A stretch of DNA of 64,000 nt, from assembly GCA_011109175.1 (NCBI GenBank), contig RDEW01000025.1:828543-892542 (forward strand), given 5' to 3'. This DNA is from Dicyema japonicum (taxonomy: Eukaryota > Animalia > Dicyemida). A program made the position numbers and the translations under genes. Of the stretch, positions 50,962-63,830 are shown one piece after another; within the stretch, counting starts at the first letter, position 1; the number at the start of each line of letters is the position of its first letter. Below the pieces are notes generated by a model. The model searched no databases. It saw only the letters and a list, made by a program, of their open reading frames with translations, and was not told where the DNA came from.

Positions 50962-51878
50962 ATGATAATTAACTACAAATTCCTTCTGGTTTTAGTACTA
51001 TTTTGGATACTAATTCATCAGATTTTAACAATCAAAGTGAGTCACTCGTAATATCTTAGGAAGTAATCAGAAAGGAAATAATAGGCGACAAATTCCTGTT
51101 AGTAAGCGCCTACTACAGTATTGGAAAATTCATAAAACCCAATGGACCTCGAAGTCCTAATACATATTTTATCTGGATGTACGACTATGGGTATATTGAG
51201 AACCACCTCGTCTTCTTCTCGGACGATCAGAAAATCCTGAATCGTATGAGAAATATCAGAAAAAATCTCCCCACTACATTATTGCACGTGAATAGATCAG
51301 AACTGTTTGGCTTCCGGAGAATTGATGAAATAAAACATATATTTACGCTTCCTGGCTTTGGCAAACATCCTCTTGAGACCGGCAATTTATGAATTCTCGG
51401 CTATTATGCACTCCAAACACGACATGATCAGACGGACTATCAAACTCTTCTATGGTAATTTTTCATACATCGCCTGGGTTGATGTTGGTCTATTTCGCCA
51501 AGCAGTGCCTACTTTCATGTTCTCATTGAGAACGTCAGAATATATGGACAAGACACGTGTGTTGATGAGTCAAGTTGCAAAGTTCTATGATTATCCGATA
51601 GAAAAGATAGTCAAAAAGCAAAGGCGTGGGTATCCGGAGCTATTTTGGCAGGTCATATTGACCGGGTTTATGCTTTTTGTGACGCTTATGAGAAATTCTT
51701 CAACAGGATGATGTCCATGAATCTGATTGCAACTGATGAGCAAGTAATCTACTCCATGTACTCAAGTGAGGGACTAAAAATTATGAAAAACGACGTAAAG
51801 TTAAGTTTATTTCAATGCCGTTATTATGGACTTTATGTGCTATTCTCTAATGTGACTACGAATGCTTTTTGTCCGTAA
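50962..51878 (+). CDS. HtrL/YibB-like protein, copy B
   Basis: Highly similar to copy A; signal-anchor exon, 23-nt intron, homopolymer indels. Confidence 0.72.
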
Positions 51879-51959
51879 ATGATTTGCTTGTGATAATTCA
51901 TTTAGCACATTGCTCTCCAGTCTTTAGTTAGATTATCTTATTATTATAGCCAACATGCG

Positions 51960-52265
51960 TAAAACCGTATAATTTCGCAGTATTCAAAACAATCCCCCGA
52001 ACCAACCTCTTCAATTCGTCTAGATCGTCTCCACTTCTTTGACTCTTGTCCACAAGCTTTAGATCTCCATCAGGTGTTTCTGGAAGTGTAACACGCCGAC
52101 GTCCAAGGAAACACGGTCCCTGTCTCATGAAGTAGTCCTCCATTGCTATGTTAGCTGGAGCACCCAAGTCCATTTGCAAGATATGTCCAAATAACCTCCA
52201 ACGCATATCAATAATTTCAAGACTCAGTGGACCCGTACAACATCTCTTATATAGTGATTCCTTGT
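51960..52265 (-). mobile_element. RTE 3' fragment
   Basis: RWRLFGHILQM...PANIAMEDYF...GRRRVTL. Confidence 0.8.
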
Positions 52266-52409
52266 TTATTGCAGCATTCGAAACAACTCGTTTGTTACCT
52301 AGATCCCCTAATCTGCTTAAAATTAAGATTAAAGAATTTTTATAGCTACCAGACTCTATTAAAATAAAATAAGGAAGTCAGCCGAGGATCATACAAAAGC
52401 TGAGTACGT

Positions 52410-52885
52410 GGATTTTCCCTTTTAGGATGGCGAGCGAGATTTATTCACATAGACAGCAGCGCTCAGGGGGATCTATTCTTGTAGAAATCCGATTCCCTAG
52501 ACGACATAGGAAATCTTGCGTCGCAGGCGCAAGGGAATCAGACGATTCAACCTCGAGCGGAACAAAAAATCTTTTGATAGGATGGCGTACTTTGCCCGTA
52601 TAGACTTCTCGGCCTTTTCAGTGGGAGAACGGGTTTTATAGGCACTCTGATGTAGGTTGCAAGGGGGGTATGTGAGTCCCAGACAAGAGATATCAGGCTT
52701 CAAAGGGAAGATGGTAATCCCATTTAGTTGCTTCCCATCACGTCTGCAAAGGCCGACCGATTCAAGCATAGAAAGGTGTCTGGCAGCGAGTAAAGCTCGC
52801 CTAACGACTTAGTTCAACGCCATGCGCCTGGGAGATCTGCCTGCACTGTTTCTGTAGGAGAGTGGAGCAGGCCTAGACAGTCAAC
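52410..52885 (-). mobile_element. CRE-like 3' fragment (copy of 6300-6680)
   Basis: GLCRRDGKQLNGITIFP...AEKAEKS; nucleotide similarity to 6340-6600. Confidence 0.75.
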
Positions 52886-53602
52886 TTGGAATTATATTAT
52901 TTTTCACTTTTCAAGCGTTGGTTACACTTCGTGCCGGTTATGAATCACCTTACAGAATGCCAACAAGATTTTCTTAAATCACCAACTCTAGAGTATCCTT
53001 GGACCTGAAGTCGGATCAGATCTGGAATTTGCAGATTTAAAAAAAAATCTTTTCCTTCATAATGAATGTTCTAACCCTAACCCAACCCTAATCCGAAATC
53101 CATACAATAGGTTGTGCTTTCCATAAAAATATTCATTCCCGAATCAACAAGTTAATCAAAGAGTGTTCACACATTGTCATCAAAAGAAATGTTATTGAAG
53201 CTGTTGTAGAGGATTGATCAGGATGCAAGTTTTCCATTCTCTTAAAGTATAAATTAATATTACTTTAAACATCATGTGATTGCTTCTAGACCAGAATGAC
53301 CGGACTTGATCCATGTCAAAAATTTGAGTCCTTAGAATGACGAGTACAAATGGATTTTAACTGTATTTGATATTCACAGTAAATATGCCATATGACTTTA
53401 TAGTTGGAGATCAAGTATTTTTATGATTAATTTTTTTGTTCCCATAGTAAAAAATTATGGAATCTGTCATAAGACTTGACCGTTTTTTAGATGCCTTATG
53501 AAGCCAGCTGAAATTACTAGTATTTTATCATCTCCTAACTCATTCTTTTCTTTTAGTTTCCGGGATAAAATTAAATTTCACGTGTGTGTTGTCTATAAAT
53601 AA

Positions 53603-56121
53603 TGTCACTGGTTGTTAAGGAAACCCGGTTTATAAAGATAACTCGACCGCAGCACATTTTGAAAAAGAATCATTTATCACAAGAACCTAAAGCTAAAAAA
53701 AAAAAGAAAACCCATGACTTTAAATCATTCGAATCAGCGTATCGCCTAAGATCTATAAGATCAGCTATGTAACGATCTCTTGGAGCACGTGCAATAATGG
53801 GCTAAATTGGTAAGTTTGTAGCCATTAAACGTTTAAACTAAAAATACAATAATTAATATACTTGACAAAATATACATTTTTTAGGATTTGTTCTACTACC
53901 TAGCGCTTGATGCCATACATGATCTCCTAAAATATCAAACATTCTGTCTCGTCCAAAATGGTTTTGGGTAACACACCAGATGCTTTAAAAGATTGAATTT
54001 TGATAACTCCTCCTTAGAATGTATCACAAAACGCATTTTACACGTTAAATTAAATAAATTAAATTATTAACCCCGGCTTCGCCAGCAAGTGGGAAGCCGG
54101 CGACCATCAGAGAGCGTGCAGTCCGGACAGGCCGCTCCCAGAGATCCTCGACTTTTGCATCCGGTGGTCCAGGGCAGGGATAAAGGTCCGAACTACTCTG
54201 CCAGCCAGAAAAGGGTGGTGTCCACATCGTAGGCGAGCCAGTCCGATTCTGATCTTCCTCGGGAGCGATTGTTCCGTTGGACTGATATCAGGGGGGAAAC
54301 GCTCCAAGACTTTGTTATATTGAAGTGTCCTAATGGCCCGTGTTGAGATGAAATCATGGATTCGGCGGGTCCAAGTTGAGTCTTCTTGAGGGGGGGTGAT
54401 CTTCGACAAAGCTCTTTGTAGGTCAAAGAGGGTCCTGCGTATGTATCTGCGGTTATTGTTACTTAGCAGAGCGTGAACTGGGTGATTCGGGTCGAACGAC
54501 TGCCGTAGGAATTGTAAATTACGCATTTCCAGGTGGTCATAGAGCGGGAGGATTTTCGACTCCCAATGTAAATGGTCGGTGGGGGTTGACTTTAAGCAGC
54601 CAGTTATTATTCTCAGCGCCGAGTTTTGCACTTTCTGCAGTTCTTGAGAAAGGGACAAGGAGATTGAGGGGGCCCAACTTGGTGAGGCGTAGTTGAGTGT
54701 AGTCCTGATGAACTGTTTGTAGAGAAGAGTTAAGTTTTCTTTTTGCTGACCGTTTGAGTGGCCAGCTACTGCCCGTAATATGTTAAGTTTCCGCTTGGCT
54801 TTTGTCATTACTTCCTCCACTTGTCTGTTGAAACAGAGTGAAGGATCGAAGACAACTCCAAGGATCTTCGGGTATTTATTTAAGGGGAGTGGTTCGTCTC
54901 CCAACGAGAGTGTGGGGTTTAGGTTGAATTGTCTTCGATCGGTTGTGAACAGGGTAGCTGATGACTTCGAGGTGGAAACACTCATCCAGTTTAAGTTCAT
55001 CCAGTCGGATAGCAAGTTCAGGTGGTACTGCACTTTTTCGGTGGCCAGTCGAACATCGCCACTCCTGGATGCGATTACTAGATCATCGGCATATGTCAAT
55101 AGTAACGTATTTTGGGTTGTTGGGATGTCTTTGACGTAAAGGTTGAAAAGTGAGGGTGAAAGGACTGATCCCTGGGGAACACCGTTTGGTAGGAGTCGAT
55201 ATCTTGATAGATTTGAATATAGACACGTATGACCCAGTCTTCCCGAGAGGAAATTTGTGAGCCATGACTTCCATACAGAGGGAATATTTGAAGAATAGAT
55301 CTTGTTGCAGAGGACCACACGGGAGATTCTGTCGAAAGCTTTAGTTAGGTCAATAGAGGCCAAGACAGTTCGTTCCGCGGGTTTGCAGTTGTTGAAACCG
55401 TTGGCAGATGTATTGGGTTAGTGTCAGTAAGTGCGTGTGGTGCGAGTGTAAAGGACGGAAACCATGTTGTGAGTCGGAGAGGTCGAGTAGGGGTGATTTC
55501 GTTAAGAATGATCCTTTCGAGATTTTTGAGACAAACAGATGTTAAGGAAATTGGCCTGAACGAGGGCAAGGAGGAGGCTTTGTTGTTCTTGAGTATTTGG
55601 GATAATGTTCGACTTCTTCCATAACATCAGGATGAAACACCTGTTGATGGAGAATTCGTAGATATCTTTAAGTGCAAGAGCCCGTTTGACGAGGTGTTTT
55701 AGGTGGAATATGCTGATCCGATCGGGTCCCGTGGCTGGTGAGTTTCTGAGTTTGTAATGAGGTTTGAACATAGACTTATTGATACTTCGAATCGTGCCTT
55801 TGTTACCCTTGGGGGTTTAGTAATATGAGGTCGATTTTCTTTATTCATGAAATATGACTCATTTTGCAATAGTGAGTCATCAAGTCATTTGCCTGGCCAG
55901 TGGAAAATCTTTCGTTTGGCTTGTCCTTTCAAGTCTACCTCCATGGGTGTGCTCGATTCGGTTTGATTTGATTGTATTTCTCTGCATTTTACACGTTAGA
56001 TTTAATTAATTAATTTTTACATTTATTTATTAAAATTTTAAATGTTTTTTAATTTTATAATGGAAATTAATATTTATTCGGGGTTCCTTTATAAACCGGG
56101 TTCCCTTAACAACCGGTGACA
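53603..56121 (-). mobile_element. Ginger2/TDD-like DNA transposon with ~44-bp terminal inverted repeats, interrupted by a LINE
   Basis: TIR tgtcactggttgttaaggaaacccggtttataaag at 53603 versus reverse complement tgtcaccggttgttaagggaacccggtttataaag ending 56121 (TGT...ACA); internal integrase remnant HFGRDRM...CIFCQ, 24-nt intron, PIIARAPRDRYIADLIDL. No clean TSD seen. Confidence 0.75.
54048..55983 (-). mobile_element. 5'-truncated I/Jockey-group LINE with 15-bp TSD
   Basis: TSD gcattttacacgtta at 54033-54047 and 55984-55998; RT motifs DLTKAFD, GVPQGSVLSP, YADD, KILGVVFD; 3' end gccggggttaataatttaattt. Confidence 0.93.
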
Positions 56122-56871
56122 TATAATAACCTCGAAACCATTCAAACTAGTGGAAGGCAAAAATGCATTTGGCTAAGATGAAAGTCAAAAACACAAGCTC
56201 AGAGCTCTAAATGAACACATCTAAAACGTGAGACCTGAAACCAAGAAAAAAGCATCGTCCTTGGTAGGGTCTATGATAAAACGTCTCCAGGTTATTACGA
56301 AACGTTAACGAGTTCATTGAGTTAAGTCAAAAATAGAAGAGTCCACCCTGGTATAAAAAAAAAATGTCCACCAATGAACAGAAGACAAAATTACTTGTTT
56401 GATTTTATTAGTGGACTCTTCTAAATTGTGTGCAATCAGTCGAAAATGATTGTATTGTAAGTCTGTACAAAAAAAGAATCTGGTTATAGACTGATTGAAT
56501 AATATAATAGGGGGATTTGATTACATGTGACAAACACACTAAGAAACCCAGGAGGAGAAGTAGGATTTTACAAAGGAATATTACGTTGCCTTTGATTTTT
56601 ATGCTGAACCTCCGTTAATCTTTATGCTTAACCAGAGTACTGCAGAACCAAGAAACCCATTTGGAAACAAGATCGTGATCAGCCTGAAGATAGAGATGTA
56701 GATCGAGTTCCTATGCAGACATTCCCAAAGGCATTTCGAGAAAAGATGGGATCGCTGGTGGACCTTTTTGTGACGGGGTAAAAACCATTAATATTAATTA
56801 ATAAGCCAAAAAATTAATTTTTTTAAATTAAAAAATAATATTAAATATAATATTATTCATATTTACCTGAC

Positions 56872-57780
56872 ATGATAATTTCCTACAAAGTCATTTTGGT
56901 GTTATTACAATTTTGGATAATACTTTATCAGATTTTAACAGTCAAGTGAGCCAATCATAATATTTTAGGTTCTCGTCAGACGAGAAGTAGCGGGTGAAAG
57001 AATATTATTAGTAACTGGCTACTACAGCCTTGAATATTCAGAAAAATAGGTGGTCCCCGTGGACCTAGTACATACCATATATGGATGTATAGCTATGCAA
57101 GAATTGAGAACCACCTCGTCTTTTTCTCGGACGATCAGAAATTCCTAAAGCATATGAAAAAAATCAGAAAAAATCTTCCAACTACATTATTGTACGTGAA
57201 TAGATCAGAACTGTTCGGCTTCCGGAGAATTGACGAAATCAAACGTATATTTACGCTTCCGGGATTTGGCAAAGAGCTACAAAACGGCAATTATGATTAT
57301 TGTGCTGTCATGCATTCCAAGCAGGACATGGTTAGGCGGGCTATTAAGCTCTTGCATGCTAACTTTTCCTACGTCGCCTGGGTGATATTGGGCTATTTCG
57401 CCGAGTAATGTCTAAATTCAATTTCTCAGTGAGAACGTCGGAATATATGGACGAGACACGTGTGTTGATGAGTCAAGTATACAAGTTCTATGATTATCCG
57501 ATCGAAACAATAGTCAAAAAAGTAAAAGTTTGGGTATCTGGCGCTTCTTTTGCAGGTCATATTGGACCAGTTTCTGCATTTTGCGATGCCTACGAAAATT
57601 TCTTTGACAAAATGATCTCCATGAATATGACTGCCACTGATGAACAAGTAATCTACTCCATGTACTCCAGTGAGGACGTAAAATGATGAAAAACGAAGTA
57701 AAACTGAGTTTATTTCAATGCCACTATTACGACTTTACGTACTTTTCACAAATGTGACTACGACTTCTTACTGTCCGTAA
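56872..57780 (+). CDS. HtrL/YibB-like protein, copy C (several frameshifts, possibly a pseudogene)
   Basis: Similar to copies A and B, including upstream and downstream flanks shared with B. Confidence 0.65.
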
Positions 57781-57877
57781 TGATTTGCTTGTGATCATTT
57801 TTTTAAATTAATAATTTCCCGCTTAAAATAAATTATATTAATTTATGGAAATATATTTGATATTTGTGTTAGAACTA

Positions 57878-60210
57878 ATTGGAGGACCTATGCAATCAGG
57901 TCTTTGGCAGGAGGTGCCCATATTTGGATAATCATGGATAGAGTTACGGCAACTTGGATATGAGCCTTCGTACCTCGGAGTCTCTTAGGTCGAATATCTT
58001 TGGACATTGGAATGTGACTGATCTGCAATAATGGACATCAAGTCGTTGCCTGAAAATCTTGGGAAGTTACTTCGATGTGGTTATCTGAGTTTGCATGTTG
58101 CATACAGGTAATGTCGTGAAAAAGGAAAGGAAGAGTACATGAGGATGACCAGCCACTACCATGAGACAGCTTTGGTGTGATTCCATTGTAAAATTTTAAT
58201 TTTTTGGCGCAAGTGTTATGGTCAACATCTCCCATGTTAAGAGGATCTCATTGAAGCAATAGCTTTGTGCCCACTCGATTCCTGCCATCAGAAACTCCTT
58301 TGGGAGAACCGATAGGAAAAATCATAAACGCAATCACTCGACTCACCGACCCTTGTGAACAGACAAAGTTTTCGAAGCGCTTGAATGGGCATCGTTCGCA
58401 AAAATGACAACTGACCTTAAATATTTATTTTAGACGTCTTCTAACCCCGGGATTATTCCTTCGAGGCTCTAATGAATCAAAGACCAAGGGAAAAACCAAA
58501 CTAACTAATCCCGTGATCCTGAAGTGTTCCAATAGATCCCTTATCCAAGTACAGTGATCCAGAGGACATTGTCCGATAAAATGACGAGGGATTACTTCTT
58601 GTAGAATTTAGAACGATACCACCCGGAGGTTATTCGGGGAGGTTGAAGTGGTGACGTACTTTTATCAGCCAAAATGTCTACTTCGCTTTTATGGTGAGTA
58701 AAATCTCAAGGTTAAGGACTCAGGAGTTAATGGAAGTCTGGTGTACGTAAGATCTGGACTCGTATGTTTAACACACTTTTCATTGCTCTCTTCTAATCAT
58801 GTTGTTTGATCGGGGAAACTGCAACATGAGAATAGTCCGTTCAAGTCACCAGCACCTCGGAGAATTGGAGATGTTCATAGTGCTCTGTTACCTTACCCCC
58901 AACTAATCCGCTTACGTTAGTTAGAATTTCTAATAACAAGATCATCGATAAAGGTGTTAGAACGCTAAGTGATCCCAGTTTTTATTTATTCCCAGAAGAT
59001 TAAAGAATGTAGGGGAACGAACAGATCCCTGAGGAACTCCATTGAGGACGTAACGATATGGGGACATATGGGAATATAAATAGGTTTGACCCAGTTTTCT
59101 GGAAAGGATATTTGTGAGTCAGGACTGCGAAACTGGGGGATATTTGATAACCTGGTCTTGAGAAGACCAAATGAGAAATGTGGTCAAAGGTATTTGATTG
59201 AAGCCAGAACAGGAGAGATGGGAGGTTCTCGAGTGAAGGAGACGAAAGTCATGTTGTGATTTGGAAAGGTTGAGGTGGCTTGAAATCTCGTTCAAGACTA
59301 TTATTTCTGGTAAGAGAAGTTTATCTGTGAGAGGAAGGGGAGGAGGAATCCTTATTGTTTTTGAGTACGGGGTAATAATCGATTTCTTCCATAACATAAG
59401 GGTAAACATGAGTTGATGAGAATTCATAATGGTCTCTGGTCAGGGTCGGAGTCAGTTAGGTCCGGTGTTTCAAGTGGAGGACCTATGCCATCAGGGTCTT
59501 TGGCAGGAGGGTTGCCCATATTTTGATAATCATGGATTAGAGTTACGGCAACTTGGATATGAGCCTTCGTACCTCGGAGTCTCTTAGGTCGAATATCTTT
59601 GGACATTGGAATGTGACTGATCTGCAATAATGGGACATCAAGTCGTTTGCCTGAAAAATCTTGGGAAGTTACTTCGATGTGGTTATCTGAGGTTTGCTTG
59701 GTTGTATGACGGGTAGTGTCGGTGAAAGGGAGGGAAGAGTACATGAGGGTGACCAGCCCATTACCATGAGACAGCTTTGATGTGATTCCATTGTAAGATT
59801 TTAATTTTTTGGCGCAGTGTTATGGTCAACATCTCCCATGTTAGAAGGATCTCATTGAAGCGATAGCTTTGTGCCCGCTGGATTCCTTTGGGAGAACCGA
59901 TAGGAAAAATCATAAACGCAATCACTCGACTCACCGACCCTTGTGAACAGACAAGGTTTTAAGCATTTGAAATGGGCATCGTTCGCAAAAATGACAACTG
60001 ACCTTAAATATTTATTTTAGACGTCTTCTACCCGGGATTATTCCTTCAAGGCTCTAATGAATCAAAGACCAAGGGAAAAACCAAAACTAACTAAATCCCG
60101 TGATCCTGAAGTGTTCCAATAGATCCCCCATCCAAGTACAGTGATCCAGAGGACATTGTCCGATAAAATGACGAGGGATTACTTCTTGTAGAATTTAGAA
60201 CGATACCACC
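57878..60210. repeat. ~740-bp direct duplication (57878-58620 and 59475-60210) of LINE, CRE and SINE debris
   Basis: Near-identical text with small indels. Confidence 0.85.
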
Positions 60211-60899
60211 CTAGTGAGTAATGCTCACTTTTATGATGTCCCTCAATAATTTATCATAAAACACAATATCAGGTTCATTGTGGTTTACAGCAAATAAGGT
60301 CCTGTAGATTACTCTTCTCTCCTTCTACCGACGTCATCAAATCTACCTTACTCAAGAGATGTACAATGCCTGGGATCATGGGATCAGTTAGTTCGGTTTT
60401 AAAGTTTGTCTTTGGAATAATTTAATGTTCCCGAGTAGATGACGAGTCAAATCTATAGGTCGCCACAACAAATTGACAACAAAGTAACTAAATTTCAAAA
60501 TTAAAAATAACTATAATTTTATTTTTTTTAATTGAAAAAATTAAAAAAAACTATAATTTATATTTTTGTTGGGCTTTTTAAGTTAGTCTTTTTATTAGTT
60601 TATTTTTTATTAGAAATTACTTAAATCAAGAAAATGTAATGAAAGCAAATGGCTCCGTTACTACAACAGGCTTTGAGCACGAAATGGGAATTACTCTTTA
60701 ATGTTCAGAGTGAGTCGTCGTGCAACTCTAAACTCTTTCTTCCCCAATTTCTTAGCTTAATTAAATAATTATCCTTATATTAGGCCGGTCGAGGAAGATA
60801 TTCTGTGATGACCCCGGGAAGTGACAGGATTGGTGTAATGACAGGATTGGGTAAAAAATAACACACAGATAATGTTTTGAGAAAAACATGGGAGAAGAA

Positions 60900-63830
60900 A
60901 CTAATCTGAGACTATACTCAGTTATTTCTGTGTGGAAAATATTTTTCTGTGCAATACTGGTTTATGCATTCTGCTTGCCATGAAACTACCAGGAAGGGAG
61001 AGCGAAGACATCGGATGGGGAGTTGGTTCCTGTATAATCAGATTAACGAAGCAGCACGGAAATATCTTGGCACATGAAATTAGAATAGGATGTGGCCGAT
61101 GCCGTTTCACCCAGAGGTTGCAGAGCTTGAAGGAAACTTGGATGAAATCTGGAAGAAAAAATCCAATCCGAAAAATTTTAACATGAGAGAAAACCCGTCA
61201 AGGTGGATGACAAAATATCACAGCGAAACGCTTGCTTCAACAGTCGATCTTATCGCTGGTCGTTTCGGAAGCTTTTCAATTTTAATTAGATAATTCCTAC
61301 ATTTGATGGAATCCCGAGACCTTTAGAAATTAGTTCTCCCAAAAGAAGTCAAAATGGGTGGAGTGAACTCAAAAACGAAAGCTTACAGACAACTAATAAA
61401 GCTGGAGGACCGTATGAAAGCTTACGAGTCGTAATACCACTAAATTCCTTACGGAAAGTTTTGGCAAATATTGTGCTGGAACGAATAAAAGGACCCCCCA
61501 GAAAGTCAAAGAGGATTTCAAAAAGGAAAATCAGCAGCTGATGAAGTATAGAGCCACAAATGGAGGTGCGCAACATATTCTGAGAATAGACTTATAAAAA
61601 GCAAATGGGGGGGTACTCAAATAATTTTTCGATGAGTAAGAATTATCAGAATTCTACTAGAGCTCTTTGTGAGAATCGGAAAGACCTACTCGGAAAAAAA
61701 TAAAACAAGCACCGGCACTCTTAGAAGAGACCCTTTACAGTTCACGATATACAGTAGGACCCCGCCCCAATCAAACCCCGGCCCTGGGGCACCCTCTGTA
61801 TTTGGGGCGATTTTTTAAATAAATATAATTATAAATGATCTTTTACATTTTTTCACATTTTTCGTTCAATAAATTCAAAATAAAAACCCCGCTTTTTGGG
61901 GCACTTTCTCTATAGAAAATTTAAAAATCTATTATTTAATTTTTATCTTTAATTTATTAATTTTCAAATAATTGTCAGCATGCCTGCGAAGCTTAGTCGT
62001 CATTTGAAACAACAGATTTTCGATTCTTTAATAAATCAAAATATGTCAGAAAGAAAAATTTGTCGATTATACAAGATTGGAAAAGGAACTGTTTCTCGAA
62101 TTAAAAAAGAAATTGGAAAGGAAAATATTTCGTTAAACAAAGAAGTATTTTTTGAGGAAGTTTCATGCAAGAAGTTTGAATCCGACCTTTCTATTCAAAT
62201 TGATCGACTAGTATTCGAAGTCTTCAACAATTTGAGAAAGGATGGATTTCAGTATCTGGATGTCTCCTCAAAAATATTGCAAAAAAGATTGCTGCCAAAT
62301 TTGAGTTTAATGATTTCAAGGCATCAAATGGATGGCTTGATCGATTTAAAAAGCGACATGAATTACTATTCGACATGAAAAAAACTCATCCGACAAAAAA
62401 AAACTTAAAGAGTTTTTTTAACAATTACGACAGTTTATTTGAGGAATACGATAAAAAAGATATTTTTAACTGCGACGAAACTTCTCTTTTTATTAAAAAA
62501 ATTCATGTAGATCATTTGTCTCTTCAAATGATGATTGTTTTGGTAAAACGAAAAGTAAAGAACGAGTTTCAGTTCTTTTATGCTGCAGCCGTGAAGGCGA
62601 GAAATTAAAACCCCTTGTTATCGGGTAATTCAAATCCCCAAGATGCTTAAAAAACATAAATACAGAAGATTATGGGGTATATTGTGTTGGGTTAATTTTA
62701 GGTTCTATATACAGCTTCAAAAAATGCATGGATGACGATGGATATTTTTGATACATGGCTACAAAAAATAAACTTCGAAATGGTTAAAAAAACAGGAAAA
62801 TTTTGATTATTATGGATAATGCACGTTGTCACAAATGTCAGGAATATTCAAACTTATCATTTCTTAAACTTCCTAAAATCACAACAGCACTTCTTCAACC
62901 TTAAGATATGGGGATCATAAACTCATTCAAATCATGTTATAAGAATGTTCTTTATGAAATGATATGTCTTGACGATGCTAATGAATACTATGATGCCCTG
63001 TTGAAGATCAATATGAGACAAGTAGTCGCATTTGTGGGAGAAGCATGGACTCGTGTAACAAAAACTACAATATTGAATTGTTGGAAAAAGATAAATGAGC
63101 AAAGAACATTTGTCCATGAAACAAATTCAAAAAAAGAATCCGAATTAATTGTTGAACATATTTCAGATTTAACAGAACTTGAAATAAATGGAATAGAAGA
63201 CAATGAGGCTTTGTATAATGGAAATAATGAGATGGATGGGCTATATTTAAAAGATACAATAAAAATTATGTATAATCTTGAATCTTCATTATTTAACATT
63301 TGTCCTGAAGAACTTAAAGAATACTATGAATTTAGGATTAAAATTTCAAAAATGCTAAGAAACAAATATTCCATTGGGAACAAAATAACTGATTATTTTT
63401 CATAAATAAATTGATTCCTTTTTGCAATATGAAGCAAAACATTGTATTGTAAAAATAATTATTTAAAAATACGAATAGAGAGGTTAAAAATGTAATAATT
63501 TAGTATACTCTCTATATTTGGGGCACTTTTCTATTGGGGCGGGGTCCTACTGTATTTGGAAGCAGGTATTGGGGAACTCAGACCGGTGTATCGATGAAAA
63601 AATAAAAGTTACTTATGCAGACAAAGTCGACCTAATTTACGAAAACAGCACTCTTAGAACATACATTAGAAATCGCACTGGATATACTTGGGGAATGGTT
63701 CCTAACTGTATACAGAGAGAAACAGAATTCACGGAAATAATAAGAATTAGTAACACTCTCAAATAGAAGTGGTGATATCTAAAAAAAACTCGGTTCCATT
63801 ATGGGAGAAAGTGAGGATATTATAGGGAAG
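60900..63830 (+). mobile_element. Degenerate RTE LINE split by the pogo insertion
   Basis: LNSLRKVLANIVLERIK...QFTI lies before the pogo element and YLEAGIGELRP...YADKVDL after it, colinear with the RTE at 38957..39253. Confidence 0.75.
61752..63552 (+). mobile_element. pogo/Tigger DNA transposon, complete ends, frameshifted transposase
   Basis: TA TSD; 20-bp TIR cagtaggaccccgccccaat; FKASNGWLDRFKKRH (CENP-B HTH), DIFNCDETSLF, NAWMT, MDNARCH, LQP*DMGII; 25-nt intron 62677-62701. Confidence 0.95.

Noticed and set aside
57878-60210. LTR pair of a retrotransposon
   Set aside because: The repeats consist of LINE/SINE debris, lack TG...CA ends, PBS and PPT, and differ mainly by small indels; a local duplication or uncollapsed haplotype is more likely.
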